From Escherichia phage vB_EcoM_Shinka, in the sequence record MZ502379.1: a stretch of 64,000 nt of DNA. One strand, written 5' to 3'. The position numbers and the translations under genes are program-made. The notes beneath the pieces are model-generated. The model ran no database searches and had not been told where the DNA came from. It worked only from the letters and a program-made list of their open reading frames with translations. This document shows, piece after piece, positions 54,037-63,050 of this stretch. Every line of letters starts with the position of its first letter. Position 1 is the stretch's first letter.

Positions 54037-54819
54037 ATGGCAGTAGTTGGTGTTCCCGGTTGGATTGGAAGTTCATCCGTAAATGAAACGGGTCAGCGCT
54101 GGATGAGTCAAGCGGCTGGTCAATTAAGATTGGGTGTTCCTTGCTGGATGAGTCAATTTGCAGGTCGCTCACGAGAAATAATTCACACGCTTGGAGCAGA
54201 CCATAACTTCAATGGTCAATGGTTCCGAGATAGATGTTTTGAGGCAGGTAGTGCACCTATAGTGTTTAATATCAATGGAGATTTAGTATCATATTCTAAA
54301 GATGTTCCTTTATTCTTCATGTATGGAGATACACCCAATGAATATGTTCAGTTGAATATACACGGCGTAACGATGTATGGTCGTGGCGGTAATGGCGGTA
54401 GCAATAGTCCTGGCTCAGCTGGGGGTCATTGTATTCAAAATGATATTGGTGGGAGACTAAGAATTAATAATGGCGGAGCTATTGCAGGCGGCGGTGGCGG
54501 CGGTGGCGGCGGATATTATTCTCCTTTTTCACAAATGAGATTGACCTTTGGCGGCGGCGGTGGGCGTCCGTTTGGTGCACCTGGCGGATCTATTGATATG
54601 CAATCAGGAGCGACTGGCGGTACTATTTCTGCACCTGGCTCAGGATCCGTGAATGGTATCTATAATGGTGGAAACGGTGGTGAAGTAGGTTCCGCGGGAG
54701 GTAGATGCAATATTCGCGGTCAAGGATCTGAATATAATGGCGGCGATGCTGGTTATGCCGTCATAGGGTCCGCTCCAACGTGGATAAATGTTGGAGCAAT
54801 ATATGGTCCAAGAGTATAA
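54037..54819 (+). CDS. 38: gp38 receptor-binding adhesin (T2-type, glycine-rich motifs)
   Basis: 260-aa ORF from ATG 54037 (GGAG Shine-Dalgarno); several poly-Gly motifs ([25 protein letters not shown]) flanking variable segments. Confidence 0.85.
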   Translation: MAVVGVPGWIGSSSVNETGQRWMSQAAGQLRLGVPCWMSQFAGRSREIIHTLGADHNFNGQWFRDRCFEAGSAPIVFNINGDLVSYSKDVPLFFMYGDTPNEYVQLNIHGVTMYGRGGNGGSNSPGSAGGHCIQNDIGGRLRINNGGAIAGGGGGGGGGYYSPFSQMRLTFGGGGGRPFGAPGGSIDMQSGATGGTISAPGSGSVNGIYNGGNGGEVGSAGGRCNIRGQGSEYNGGDAGYAVIGSAPTWINVGAIYGPRV

Positions 54820-54849
54820 TTTGAATAAATATCCTTAAAAGGAGGGTCT

Positions 54850-55506
54850 ATGGCAGCACCTAAAATATCATTTTCGCCCTCTGATATTCTGTTTGGTGTT
54901 CTAGATCGCTTGTTCAAAGATAACGCTACCGGGAAAGTTCTTGCTTCCCGGGTAGCTGTCGTAATTCTTTTATTTATGATGGCGATTGTTTGGTATAGGG
55001 GAGATAGTTTCTTTGAGTACTATAAGCAATCAAAGTATGAAACATACAGTGAAATTATTGAAAAGGAAAGAAATGCACGCTTTGAATCTGTCGCCCTGGA
55101 ACAACTCCAGATAGTTCACATATCATCTGAGGCAGACTTTAGTGCGGTGTATTCTTTCCGCCCTAAAAACTTAAACTATTTTGTTGATATTATAGCATAC
55201 GAAGGAAAATTACCTTCAACAATAAGTGAAAAATCACTTGGAGGATATCCTGTTGATAAAACTATGGATGAATATACAGTTCATTTAAATGGACGTCATT
55301 ATTATTCCAATTCAAAATTTGCTTTTTTACCAACTAAAAAGCCTACTCCCGAAATAAACTACATGTACAGTTGTCCATATTTTAATTTGGATAATATCTA
55401 TGCTGGAACGATAACCATGTACTGGTATAGAAATGATCATATAAGTAATGACCGCCTTGAATCAATATGTGCTCAGGCGGCCAGAATATTAGGAAGGGCT
55501 AAATAA
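54850..55506 (+). CDS. t: holin T
   Basis: 218-aa ORF with single N-terminal transmembrane segment (VAVVILLFMMAIVWY) and large periplasmic domain. Confidence 0.95.
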   Translation: MAAPKISFSPSDILFGVLDRLFKDNATGKVLASRVAVVILLFMMAIVWYRGDSFFEYYKQSKYETYSEIIEKERNARFESVALEQLQIVHISSEADFSAVYSFRPKNLNYFVDIIAYEGKLPSTISEKSLGGYPVDKTMDEYTVHLNGRHYYSNSKFAFLPTKKPTPEINYMYSCPYFNLDNIYAGTITMYWYRNDHISNDRLESICAQAARILGRAK

Positions 55507-55779
55507 TTATTTGTTCGTATACATTTCTAGATATCGATATACACCCTCAAAACCCTCGTTGAATTCGTCGATGAGGGTTTTCTTATCTTCCTGAGTTAAT
55601 TCAGAAACAATTTTACGAAATGAATTCTGATTTAACTTTCTACCTTCATGCGTTACTCCAATCTCATTAAGAAATGCAATAAAATTAGCACGATTCTCAA
55701 CAATATCTTCTCTGGAAAATTTAATCAAAATAGATGCAACAGTAATAATTTCACGAACTGTATCAATGTTTTTATTCAT
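55507..55779 (-). CDS. asiA: anti-sigma70 factor AsiA
   Basis: 90-aa ORF MNKNIDTVREIITVASILIKFSREDIVENRANFIAFLNEIG... Confidence 0.95.
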   Translation of the reverse strand: MNKNIDTVREIITVASILIKFSREDIVENRANFIAFLNEIGVTHEGRKLNQNSFRKIVSELTQEDKKTLIDEFNEGFEGVYRYLEMYTNK

Positions 55780-55791
55780 TAACTATACCAC

Positions 55792-55944
55792 TCAATTAGT
55801 TGACTTTGTTATAATATCATCAGACGCTTGATTTGTAAACTGGTCTGTGTTATTTTCTTCAAAAATTTTTTCTACGAATTCCTTGAACGACTCGCGTTCC
55901 TGAGCTACATTATGCTCGATTACCTTTTCAAGATTATGACTCAT
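55792..55944 (-). CDS. small acidic hypothetical protein
   Basis: 50-aa ORF below the track cutoff (MSHNLEKVIEHNVAQERESF...); ATG overlaps the arn stop (ATGA). Confidence 0.45.
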   Translation of the reverse strand: MSHNLEKVIEHNVAQERESFKEFVEKIFEENNTDQFTNQASDDIITKSTN

Positions 55945-56219
55945 TCGAAATAATCTTCAATTTCGTAATCATGGACATAAATCATTATAGTTTCTAATAC
56001 ATCATCAATACTTTTTCCTGGAGCTGGAATTACGTAAAAATATCCTGCTTTTGAGAGGTCTTTATAAGTTCCAATCAAGAAATCATTATTCTCAAGATGT
56101 AGTTCTTCAACTAATTCATTAACAATTGAGTGGTATAAATTTGGTAGAAACTTATATAGCTTTTCTAGAATATCAATTTTAATTGTGTATTGAACCACGG
56201 ACTGAGAATCAATAATCAT
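55941..56219 (-). CDS. arn: Arn anti-restriction (McrBC inhibitor) protein
   Basis: 92-aa acidic ORF at the T4 arn position. Confidence 0.8.
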   Translation of the reverse strand: MIIDSQSVVQYTIKIDILEKLYKFLPNLYHSIVNELVEELHLENNDFLIGTYKDLSKAGYFYVIPAPGKSIDDVLETIMIYVHDYEIEDYFE

Positions 56220-56296
56220 AGACCTTCCCCTTATGTTTCTGTTTGCGATTAGATTCTTTAAACGCTTTCTTCTTATCCTTATGGACAGAAGCTTTA

Positions 56297-56521
56297 TTAA
56301 AATTGTGTTTTGCGACTAAATTGTTCATAGTGCTGAATTACCTCTCTCAAACACTTGCATGTGAATGAAAACTTTTTAGCTACACCACATTCAAATATAT
56401 GTTCTCTTAAATCGCGTGTATCGGTATATCCCATCTCAACAATAAAATGCCGTATTAGATTTTTATCTTTATCATTGAGAGAATTAAAATAATCAGATTT
56501 TGAATTAATTTCCCTGGCCAA
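56297..56521 (-). CDS. hypothetical protein (arn.x region)
   Basis: 74-aa ORF. Confidence 0.6.
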   Translation of the reverse strand: MAREINSKSDYFNSLNDKDKNLIRHFIVEMGYTDTRDLREHIFECGVAKKFSFTCKCLREVIQHYEQFSRKTQF

Positions 56522-56801
56522 ATTGAATCACCTTCAGTTGACGTTTTAGTTCTTTTATCATTTCTTCGTTCATCGCAATATAAAGATCGCGTAAAGCAGG
56601 TTTTAACATTCCATTTACTGGAGAACTAAATGGACATACATAATCTTTTCCTACGAGCTTTTTGGTGAATTCCATATCACAGAACTGAAATGCCGGTTCA
56701 TTGGCATAAATTCCCCAATTAGTTGACATCATTTTATTGGCATATTCCAACGCCTGGATTTGATTCTTAATTCCATCAATTTGAAACTTTTTAATATTCA
56801 T
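56505..56801 (-). CDS. hypothetical protein (arn.x region)
   Basis: 98-aa ORF. Confidence 0.6.
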   Translation of the reverse strand: MNIKKFQIDGIKNQIQALEYANKMMSTNWGIYANEPAFQFCDMEFTKKLVGKDYVCPFSSPVNGMLKPALRDLYIAMNEEMIKELKRQLKVIQFGQGN

Positions 56802-57262
56802 TAGTAAAGGTCCTCAGAGTAAAGTTCTTTTTCACTACCACCGCGTTCAATACGTACTTGTCCGGCGTAAGTTGCAATAATCATTGCTTCTTCACGTGTC
56901 CAGTAATTGCTATACTGATCAATAAACCCTTGGTCATCATCACAAACTTGCTGAGTAACTAATTGGGGTTTAACTACATCTAAAACTTCTGCCATATCTT
57001 TAGAATAATGACGAGCACCTGGAATAATAAGAGTTCGTCCATCTTTTAATTTAAAGCGATTTGCTGCGCAAACAATTCGTCGTTGATACTTTTGATTTTC
57101 ATCCCAGTACGCAGTCTGCCAACAGATTTCAGGAACTTCATCTAAAACATTTTGTTCTGTATATTCACCACCGTAAGAAGCTAATTTAGCAGCCAGACTT
57201 TCCGGAGTCTCACGCGACAAAGCTTTATCTAACAGAGCTAAACGTTCTTTAAAAGTTTTCAT
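56801..57262 (-). CDS. hypothetical protein (arn.x region)
   Basis: 153-aa ORF. Confidence 0.65.
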   Translation of the reverse strand: MKTFKERLALLDKALSRETPESLAAKLASYGGEYTEQNVLDEVPEICWQTAYWDENQKYQRRIVCAANRFKLKDGRTLIIPGARHYSKDMAEVLDVVKPQLVTQQVCDDDQGFIDQYSNYWTREEAMIIATYAGQVRIERGGSEKELYSEDLY

Positions 57263-57588
57263 TTAAACCATCCTTTAATACGTTGCCACAAAGTTTTCTG
57301 TTGAGCTTTGTTAACACCAATTGAGCGAATAACTGGTTGAGATTCCTGGAATTCTTTATAATCAGCAAGGTAAATTTCGTAAGCTGAATCCGTAAAGGAA
57401 CTTATAGCTGCCATGAAATTATTGCGAATACCTACTGGAGCATCTTTACTTTCACGAATAATCATGTATTTGCCAGTCTTAATCTTTACGATAGTTCCAA
57501 GATAAGCTCCGTGGTACCAGATATCCCACCCCTCTTGAGTGGGTTCTGCGCAACGACGAAGTTCATTGATAATTTCTAACTTGTTCAT
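57259..57588 (-). CDS. hypothetical protein (arn.x region)
   Basis: 109-aa ORF. Confidence 0.65.
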   Translation of the reverse strand: MNKLEIINELRRCAEPTQEGWDIWYHGAYLGTIVKIKTGKYMIIRESKDAPVGIRNNFMAAISSFTDSAYEIYLADYKEFQESQPVIRSIGVNKAQQKTLWQRIKGWFK

Positions 57589-57598
57589 TATTTATTCC

Positions 57599-58234
57599 TC
57601 ACAGTTCAGATGCTACGGTGATTACAGCTTCAATGTTTTCTGCCGAGCGTTTAATGTCAAGATACACATTACCGTTTTTAGCGATTTTACATGACATTCC
57701 GATATCAGTAAATTTCTGAATATGATGTTCCATCATTTTGTATCCAAAAATTCGCATATTTCCATTGTTGTTAATTTCAAAATTACGAATTCCGTGAGTG
57801 CGTTTTTCTAAAATAGCGAGATAATTACTACGATAAGTTTCAACCTTTTTAAGAACAAATCCATTTTCATCTAAAAGTTTTAACATGAGGTCTTTATCTT
57901 CTTCCATATCAGAAGTAATCTCACGAGCTTTACGAGTTGCTCGTTTTTTCAGCAGTTCCGGAGCATTTTCCTGTGCGTATAAAGTTGCTGCATTTGAAAT
58001 AATATCCTGAGCTTCACCAGTAATGATTAATCCATCACCAGATTTCTCCACCAGGCCTTTTTTAATCAATACCCCAATATTACTATTAACTACTGCGTTA
58101 CCTAAATCTGGATGCACCTCACGAACTTCTGCAGCTGTAATGAAATCTTTCTTAGCAATGGTAATTAAAATCGCAGCAGTTTTTTCATTCAGAACATCGT
58201 TAGAAGCTTTGATGATGTAAGTTACTTTAGACAT
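57599..58234 (-). CDS. motA: middle transcription activator MotA
   Basis: 211-aa ORF MSKVTYIIKASNDVLNEKTAAILITIAKKDFITAAEV...; early-type promoter upstream. Confidence 0.95.
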   Translation of the reverse strand: MSKVTYIIKASNDVLNEKTAAILITIAKKDFITAAEVREVHPDLGNAVVNSNIGVLIKKGLVEKSGDGLIITGEAQDIISNAATLYAQENAPELLKKRATRKAREITSDMEEDKDLMLKLLDENGFVLKKVETYRSNYLAILEKRTHGIRNFEINNNGNMRIFGYKMMEHHIQKFTDIGMSCKIAKNGNVYLDIKRSAENIEAVITVASEL

Positions 58235-58275
58235 TTTCTAATCTCCGTAATTCTGTATCAGTAGTTGATAGTTGT

Positions 58276-58305
58276 ATAGTACCACAGTATGCTTTGGTTG
58301 TAAAC
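58276..58305 (-). promoter_or_regulatory. early-type promoter for motA
   Basis: Minus-strand GTTTACAACCAAAGCATACTGTGGTACTAT upstream of motA. Confidence 0.55.
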
Positions 58306-58324
58306 CGTTTTGTGAAAAAAATTT

Positions 58325-58356
58325 TTAAAATAAAAAGGGAGAGCCGAGGCTCTCCC
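58325..58356 (-). terminator. intrinsic terminator upstream of the motA promoter
   Basis: GGGAGAGCC-TC-GGCTCTCCC (minus) followed by TTTTTATTTT. Confidence 0.6.
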
Positions 58357-58361
58357 TAAAA

Positions 58362-58511
58362 TTACTGCATGACTGTGATAACTGTCATGATAACACGTTG
58401 AATGCCGAACGCAAGAAGACCTCCTGCTACGGCTGGAACAACACCTACCCCCGCTAGTAAAATGCCGCCAGATACTAATGCTGCGCTTGTAATACCTATA
58501 AATGGACTCAT
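58362..58511 (-). CDS. small hydrophobic membrane peptide
   Basis: 49-aa ORF MSPFIGITSAALVSGGILLAGVGVVPAVAGG...; ATG overlaps the gene 52 stop (ATGA). Confidence 0.5.
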   Translation of the reverse strand: MSPFIGITSAALVSGGILLAGVGVVPAVAGGLLAFGIQRVIMTVITVMQ

Positions 58512-59836
58512 TTGATTTCCTCTAAATCTTTAGTGTATTCTGTAACTACATCAGTAGTTTTCCAATATTCGTTTTCTTCTTTCTTAGCTTTAGCTTCTTC
58601 AGCAAGTTTCTTTGCTTCATCGGAAGTCATATGAAAAATATTCATTCCGACTAGTTTATCAACATAAGAAGAATACATATCAATTTTAGAAAGTTCTTCG
58701 GTCAGTTCTTTGCGAGTTTTACCTTGCACAACAATTTCACCTGAAATTACTTTCTTAATGAAATGCGCCTTGGCAAAGGCTAAACGAAATGCTGATTCAG
58801 TTTCTTTAATTTTGTTATCAATTCGTTTTTGGACATAAGTTTTACGAACTTCAACGAAGTCTTTGATTAAATCAACTACGTTATCGTAAACTTGCAGCTT
58901 TCCTTTCTCATTAATGACTGTAATATTCTGGGAACGACGCTCAATCAACCCGAAGTCTTTCATGATTTTTGCATGGCGTTCTTCTTCATTATCGCTCAAA
59001 GAGTATTCTTTTCGGAATTTAACTTTGAAGCCAAAGCCATGCTCACCACAAGCATCATCCCATGTAATGAAGCCTTTATCTTCAAGCGGGTCTAAGATTT
59101 TACTCACATAAGTTTCACGATCATACTTATATGGAATCTCAGTGATATGCATTTGAGTTCGTGAAGTAAACTTATATGTTCCACGAATTTCATATTGCCC
59201 ATCAATTTCAACGACTTCACCACGAAATTCTGGGAATTCTACCTTCGGTTTAGTTACTTTCTTTCCTTGAAGAGCTTGCAGTACAGCTTTCTTGACAGAA
59301 GAAACACTATGAGGAAGAATGTAAGTTGCATAACCAGTTGCAATACCGGAAACGCCATTAAGAAGAACAGTAGGAATAATAGGCAAATAGAAAGCAGGCG
59401 GAATGTGTTCTTTATCTTGATGTACTGGAGCATATTCAGTATCTTTATATACGTTATAGAAATTTTTACTTACACGAGCAAAAATATAACGACTTGCCGC
59501 TGCTTTTTGAACGGTACGAGAACCGAAGTTTCCTTGACCATCTAACAGAGGAAAGTTATTATTCCAAGTATTAGCCATCAAAGCACCTGCGTCTTGTGCA
59601 GAGTTTTCACCATGATGATATCCAAGGTCTGCTACACCACCTGCAATAGAAGCGAGTTTGTGAAACTTATCTTTATTTCCTCGTGCCAAATCAAGAGCTC
59701 GAGCAATAACAAATCGTTGAACTGGCTTAAATCCATCAATCATATTTGGAATAGCACGATTTTCAACCGTGTACATAGCATAAGCCAATGCTTCATTATC
59801 AATGATACTTTTTAAATCACGATTATTCAGTTGCAT
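58508..59836 (-). CDS. 52: DNA topoisomerase II medium subunit gp52
   Basis: 442-aa ORF, GyrA-like N-terminal region. Confidence 0.95.
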   Translation of the reverse strand: MQLNNRDLKSIIDNEALAYAMYTVENRAIPNMIDGFKPVQRFVIARALDLARGNKDKFHKLASIAGGVADLGYHHGENSAQDAGALMANTWNNNFPLLDGQGNFGSRTVQKAAASRYIFARVSKNFYNVYKDTEYAPVHQDKEHIPPAFYLPIIPTVLLNGVSGIATGYATYILPHSVSSVKKAVLQALQGKKVTKPKVEFPEFRGEVVEIDGQYEIRGTYKFTSRTQMHITEIPYKYDRETYVSKILDPLEDKGFITWDDACGEHGFGFKVKFRKEYSLSDNEEERHAKIMKDFGLIERRSQNITVINEKGKLQVYDNVVDLIKDFVEVRKTYVQKRIDNKIKETESAFRLAFAKAHFIKKVISGEIVVQGKTRKELTEELSKIDMYSSYVDKLVGMNIFHMTSDEAKKLAEEAKAKKEENEYWKTTDVVTEYTKDLEEIK

Positions 59837-59840
59837 AAAT

Positions 59841-59981
59841 TTACCATACTAGTGAATGTAGTGCCATAATAACATCAGAAATGAAAAGCACGACTTGAAT
59901 TAATCCGAACATTATTCCGTAATATAATGCTATCAATAAAATAGCAAGGGCTAATGAATAGCCCAAGATTTTCTTAATCAT
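59841..59981 (-). CDS. small membrane peptide (possibly ac, acriflavine resistance)
   Basis: 46-aa hydrophobic ORF MIKKILGYSLALAILLIALYYG... directly after gene 52. Confidence 0.45.
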   Translation of the reverse strand: MIKKILGYSLALAILLIALYYGIMFGLIQVVLFISDVIMALHSLVW

Positions 59982-60139
59982 TAGTAGATAACAACACAAA
60001 TGTTAAATATGCACACATACCCTGAGCTAAAGCTTGCGAAAACACACTGCTGGCATCAATACAGATAGTTAAAACACATGCTACTATCTAACAAATAAAT
60101 GAAATAACTCCTAATAATTTTGCGATATTCATATTTTCC

Positions 60140-60220
60140 TCACTGGCGTCCGAAGACGCCTTTAGTTTTAAGATTATTACGATAGAACTGCATCACGTGT
60201 TCGTTGTGGAAATTACTCAT
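60140..60220 (-). CDS. stp: Stp peptide (activator of host anticodon nuclease PrrC)
   Basis: 26-codon [29 protein letters not shown], matches Stp from memory; ATG overlaps the ndd stop (TAATG). Confidence 0.85.
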
Positions 60221-60678
60221 TAATACGCCTGCAAAACGAATTTAAAATTATCAGCCAACATACGGTTCATTTCTTCAAGTGTTTGATACTCAGAATGATG
60301 ATTACGAGTAAACGCTAAAGCTAACTGTCCTTTTCCAAATCCCGTCGTCAGAGGTTTCATCTTAGAAGCAGGCAGATAAAATACTGTGTATACCATATTG
60401 TTATTTGCAATAGTACGTGCAAGCTGAGACCGACGTTGACGAATATGACTTAGAACCGCACTGAATCCTTGCTTAGAACGCTGATTACCTACATAAAATC
60501 GTGCAGACACACATGGATTACTAAATGGACGACCATCTAATTTACTTACTAAAAAGTAAAATCCAGGTTTAGATAAAATGTCTTTATGCGGAGTTCCCAA
60601 AAACCATTCACCGCCCTTGATTGTGCCAATAACAGTAGCGCCTGCATTATTCAGATCAGTAACAGTCATGTATTTCAT
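60220..60678 (-). CDS. ndd: nucleoid disruption protein Ndd
   Basis: 152-aa ORF from ATG 60678 ([18 protein letters not shown]...) with AGAGGAAA Shine-Dalgarno. Confidence 0.9.
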
Positions 60679-60738
60679 ATTAATTTCCTCTAAATTATTT
60701 TCTACTCCAAGGCCGCATGAATACACGCGGCCATTAAA

Positions 60739-60954
60739 TTAATCGTCGCAGTCGACGCTCAATTCCCAAAACTCTTCTACGGTATAAGTTTCAGTATCAT
60801 TTTCAATACAGAAACGTTCATTACTGTTATTTGCTAAAGTAGCGTTAACTGTCATTTTCTCGCTGGTGCTCTTAAGAGGTGAAATACGAATTAACTGATC
60901 ACCACTATCCAAGCAAAAAATTTCGCCAACTTTTACATCTTTAAAAATTTTCAT
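60739..60954 (-). CDS. hypothetical protein
   Basis: 71-aa ORF. Confidence 0.6.
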   Translation of the reverse strand: MKIFKDVKVGEIFCLDSGDQLIRISPLKSTSEKMTVNATLANNSNERFCIENDTETYTVEEFWELSVDCDD

Positions 60955-61069
60955 AATTCACCTCAGGGAGTATAAAATCCAAATGCAGTTGTTGACCATC
61001 CCATCCAATATGGGAAATTTGCACCAATGTAAAACATAAGAATATAAAACCAACCACTCAGCAAATTCA

Positions 61070-61288
61070 TCATTTTACACCATTCCAAATTGTTTCAACC
61101 ACGGATTTTAAACCATTTTGATGAATATCCATTCCGACTACCGTCATCAAATAAATTCCAACTACAACTGAACCTAAGGCAAAAATCAGCATGAAAATGA
61201 ATAAAGCCGGAAAAATATTATCGAAAAACCATTCAATAAATGTAAACGCAGTGCTTTTACGCTTCATATTTTCCTCACATAAATCCAA
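61070..61288 (-). CDS. hypothetical membrane protein
   Basis: 72-aa ORF with central hydrophobic helix. Confidence 0.6.
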   Translation of the reverse strand: MDLCEENMKRKSTAFTFIEWFFDNIFPALFIFMLIFALGSVVVGIYLMTVVGMDIHQNGLKSVVETIWNGVK

Positions 61289-61388
61289 AGTAAACGTTTA
61301 ATACATCAATCATTAAAACGATTGGGAATATACTCAAAACTATTAGTATTATAACTACATTCCATATAGCTTTAACAATCTTTTTCAT
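61275..61388 (-). CDS. small membrane peptide
   Basis: 37-aa ORF MKKIVKAIWNVVIILIVLSIFPIVLM... after an early-type promoter and GGAGGA Shine-Dalgarno; the 82-aa track ORF runs through the promoter. Confidence 0.5.
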   Translation of the reverse strand: MKKIVKAIWNVVIILIVLSIFPIVLMIDVLNVYFGFM

Positions 61389-61416
61389 TTTCTGTTCCTC
61401 CGTAGTTGATAGGGTA

Positions 61417-61446
61417 ATAGTACCACGGAAGAACAGTCTTGTAAAC
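61417..61446 (-). promoter_or_regulatory. early-type promoter
   Basis: Minus-strand GTTTACAAGACTGTTCTTCCGTGGTACTAT upstream of the 37-aa membrane peptide. Confidence 0.5.
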
Positions 61447-61631
61447 AACTTTTTTAAAAATATTCGTAATAAATGTGAATACCAATCACTACTGCCGAAA
61501 CTTGTGCAACCCACCATGCACACGCAATAAGTACAGAATTCAAAATTTTCATAATAACCTCATCACAAAAGTAAATGTTAAACAAATTACTGGAATACTA
61601 ATTAACCAAACAAAACACCAACATAATGAAC

Positions 61632-61895
61632 TCATAGTTCAATCTCAACGATTTCCAAGTGTTTTTGTTTTATTGCCTTTTTAACACAATCATGGACTAA
61701 ATATGACCATGAATCATTATATTCTCCATTAACTAATCGTTGGAGATCTTCACGTGATGATAAGTAAGGTTGATCTGATTCCCATTTTGATAAAAATACT
61801 GCAGTAAAAATATCTTCTTCATCTGTAGTTGAAGTCGTAAATGCAATAAATTCACCGGTAATTTTATGTTTAGTGTAATAAAATTTAAATTTCAT
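61632..61895 (-). CDS. hypothetical protein
   Basis: 87-aa ORF from ATG 61895, preceded by early-type promoter and GGAGGAG Shine-Dalgarno. Confidence 0.6.
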   Translation of the reverse strand: MKFKFYYTKHKITGEFIAFTTSTTDEEDIFTAVFLSKWESDQPYLSSREDLQRLVNGEYNDSWSYLVHDCVKKAIKQKHLEIVEIEL

Positions 61896-61922
61896 TTTTA
61901 CTCCTCCGTAGCTGATAGTTGT

Positions 61923-61952
61923 ATAGTACCACTGTCCTTGTGGTATGTAAAC
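61923..61952 (-). promoter_or_regulatory. early-type promoter
   Basis: Minus-strand GTTTACATACCACAAGGACAGTGGTACTAT upstream of ORF 61632-61895. Confidence 0.5.
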
Positions 61953-61969
61953 TGTTTTGTGAAAATTTT

Positions 61970-62527
61970 TTAAATGGAAAGATACCATCCATTGTAGTTG
62001 CTTTTTCTTACAACCTTACGAAGGTCTTCTCTGTCACCGATGAACTTCGGAGTGTACTGGATGACACCTGGATGAATTTCTTTAGTGTTGAATATAATTA
62101 TACAGTCAGCGACTTGATGATTTAGAATGGGCCCTAGATTTATTCCAGAACCGTATGGATACTCTCCGCTGCATCCTGTTGTTACAGAAATCCAACGTGA
62201 GCCAGTTTGATGTGTCTTAACTTCTACACGAAGCCCACAGTATTTTGGATGTGCTAAAACATCCCACGCGTATGTATATGGATCATCGACATCTTCTTGA
62301 CCTTTATTAACATACCCGCTTAGCCAATCTGCTACAAAAAACTCTGCGTATACAGCAATACGACATCTTTCAATAACTTCTGCTTTATCCTGGTTCGGGT
62401 TTTGTTTTAAAGAGTATCTTGCAGTATCAGCAATTTTGACCTTCATTTCACTAGTCAAGTCACTGTTCGATAGGGTAAATGTCGGAATCTGAAATAGTCT
62501 CTGTAAACCCGGATTCGTTTTCTGCAT
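61970..62527 (-). CDS. denB: endonuclease IV (DenB)
   Basis: 185-aa ORF at the T4 denB position and length; assignment from memory. Confidence 0.7.
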   Translation of the reverse strand: MQKTNPGLQRLFQIPTFTLSNSDLTSEMKVKIADTARYSLKQNPNQDKAEVIERCRIAVYAEFFVADWLSGYVNKGQEDVDDPYTYAWDVLAHPKYCGLRVEVKTHQTGSRWISVTTGCSGEYPYGSGINLGPILNHQVADCIIIFNTKEIHPGVIQYTPKFIGDREDLRKVVRKSNYNGWYLSI

Positions 62528-62789
62528 TTAGACTTTCCTTTTTACCACTGAGATAAGCGTTATATACTTTAAGAGTGCCGTAATAAATTCGGTCATTTTC
62601 ATCTAAAGACTCGCGGTCAAGTTCATCGAGCTCCTTTTTATCCATGACTATAACATCATTACAGTAAAGAAACCCAAGTTTTTCGTGACCAAACTCAAAT
62701 TTATTACAGTACACAATATTAGCGTGATGATTTCCGTGCAGTTTAATCTCTTTTATGTCGGAATCACCGATATTCATACAATAAATCAT
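62460..62789 (-). CDS. hypothetical protein
   Basis: 109-aa ORF with Shine-Dalgarno. Confidence 0.6.
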   Translation of the reverse strand: MIYCMNIGDSDIKEIKLHGNHHANIVYCNKFEFGHEKLGFLYCNDVIVMDKKELDELDRESLDENDRIYYGTLKVYNAYLSGKKESLNAENESGFTETISDSDIYPIEQ

Positions 62790-62800
62790 AATTTTTCCTT

Positions 62801-62821
62801 AAAACAAAAGGGCCGAAGCCC
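62801..62821 (-). terminator. intrinsic terminator downstream of the rIIB-proximal small ORF
   Basis: GGGC-TTCG-GCCC (minus) followed by TTTTGTTTT. Confidence 0.5.
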
Positions 62822-62827
62822 TTTATT

Positions 62828-63022
62828 TTACTTGAATTGTGCAATTCTTTTCTCTAGACATTCAGCATAAGATTTCATTGAGATGAACTGTGAAAGTAGC
62901 AGTTCTTGCTCAACTACACTAACTGTTAGAAACTTTGCGCTTTCTAAAAATTTACTCAGTGCATTAATTTTAAGCATTAATTGATCGTATTCTTCTTTTA
63001 CTCGTGCTTGATAACCTAACAT
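62828..63022 (-). CDS. hypothetical protein
   Basis: 64-aa ORF directly downstream of rIIB. Confidence 0.55.
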   Translation of the reverse strand: MLGYQARVKEEYDQLMLKINALSKFLESAKFLTVSVVEQELLLSQFISMKSYAECLEKRIAQFK

Positions 63023-63050
63023 AATTTTCCTTAGTTAAGGGCCGAAGCCC

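Noticed and set aside
54400-54760. Glycine-codon repeats in gene 38 as a possible repeat array or low-complexity non-coding DNA
   Set aside because: The repeats are in frame within a continuous ORF with a ribosome-binding site, and encode poly-Gly motifs typical of T2-type adhesins. Not a CRISPR or satellite array.
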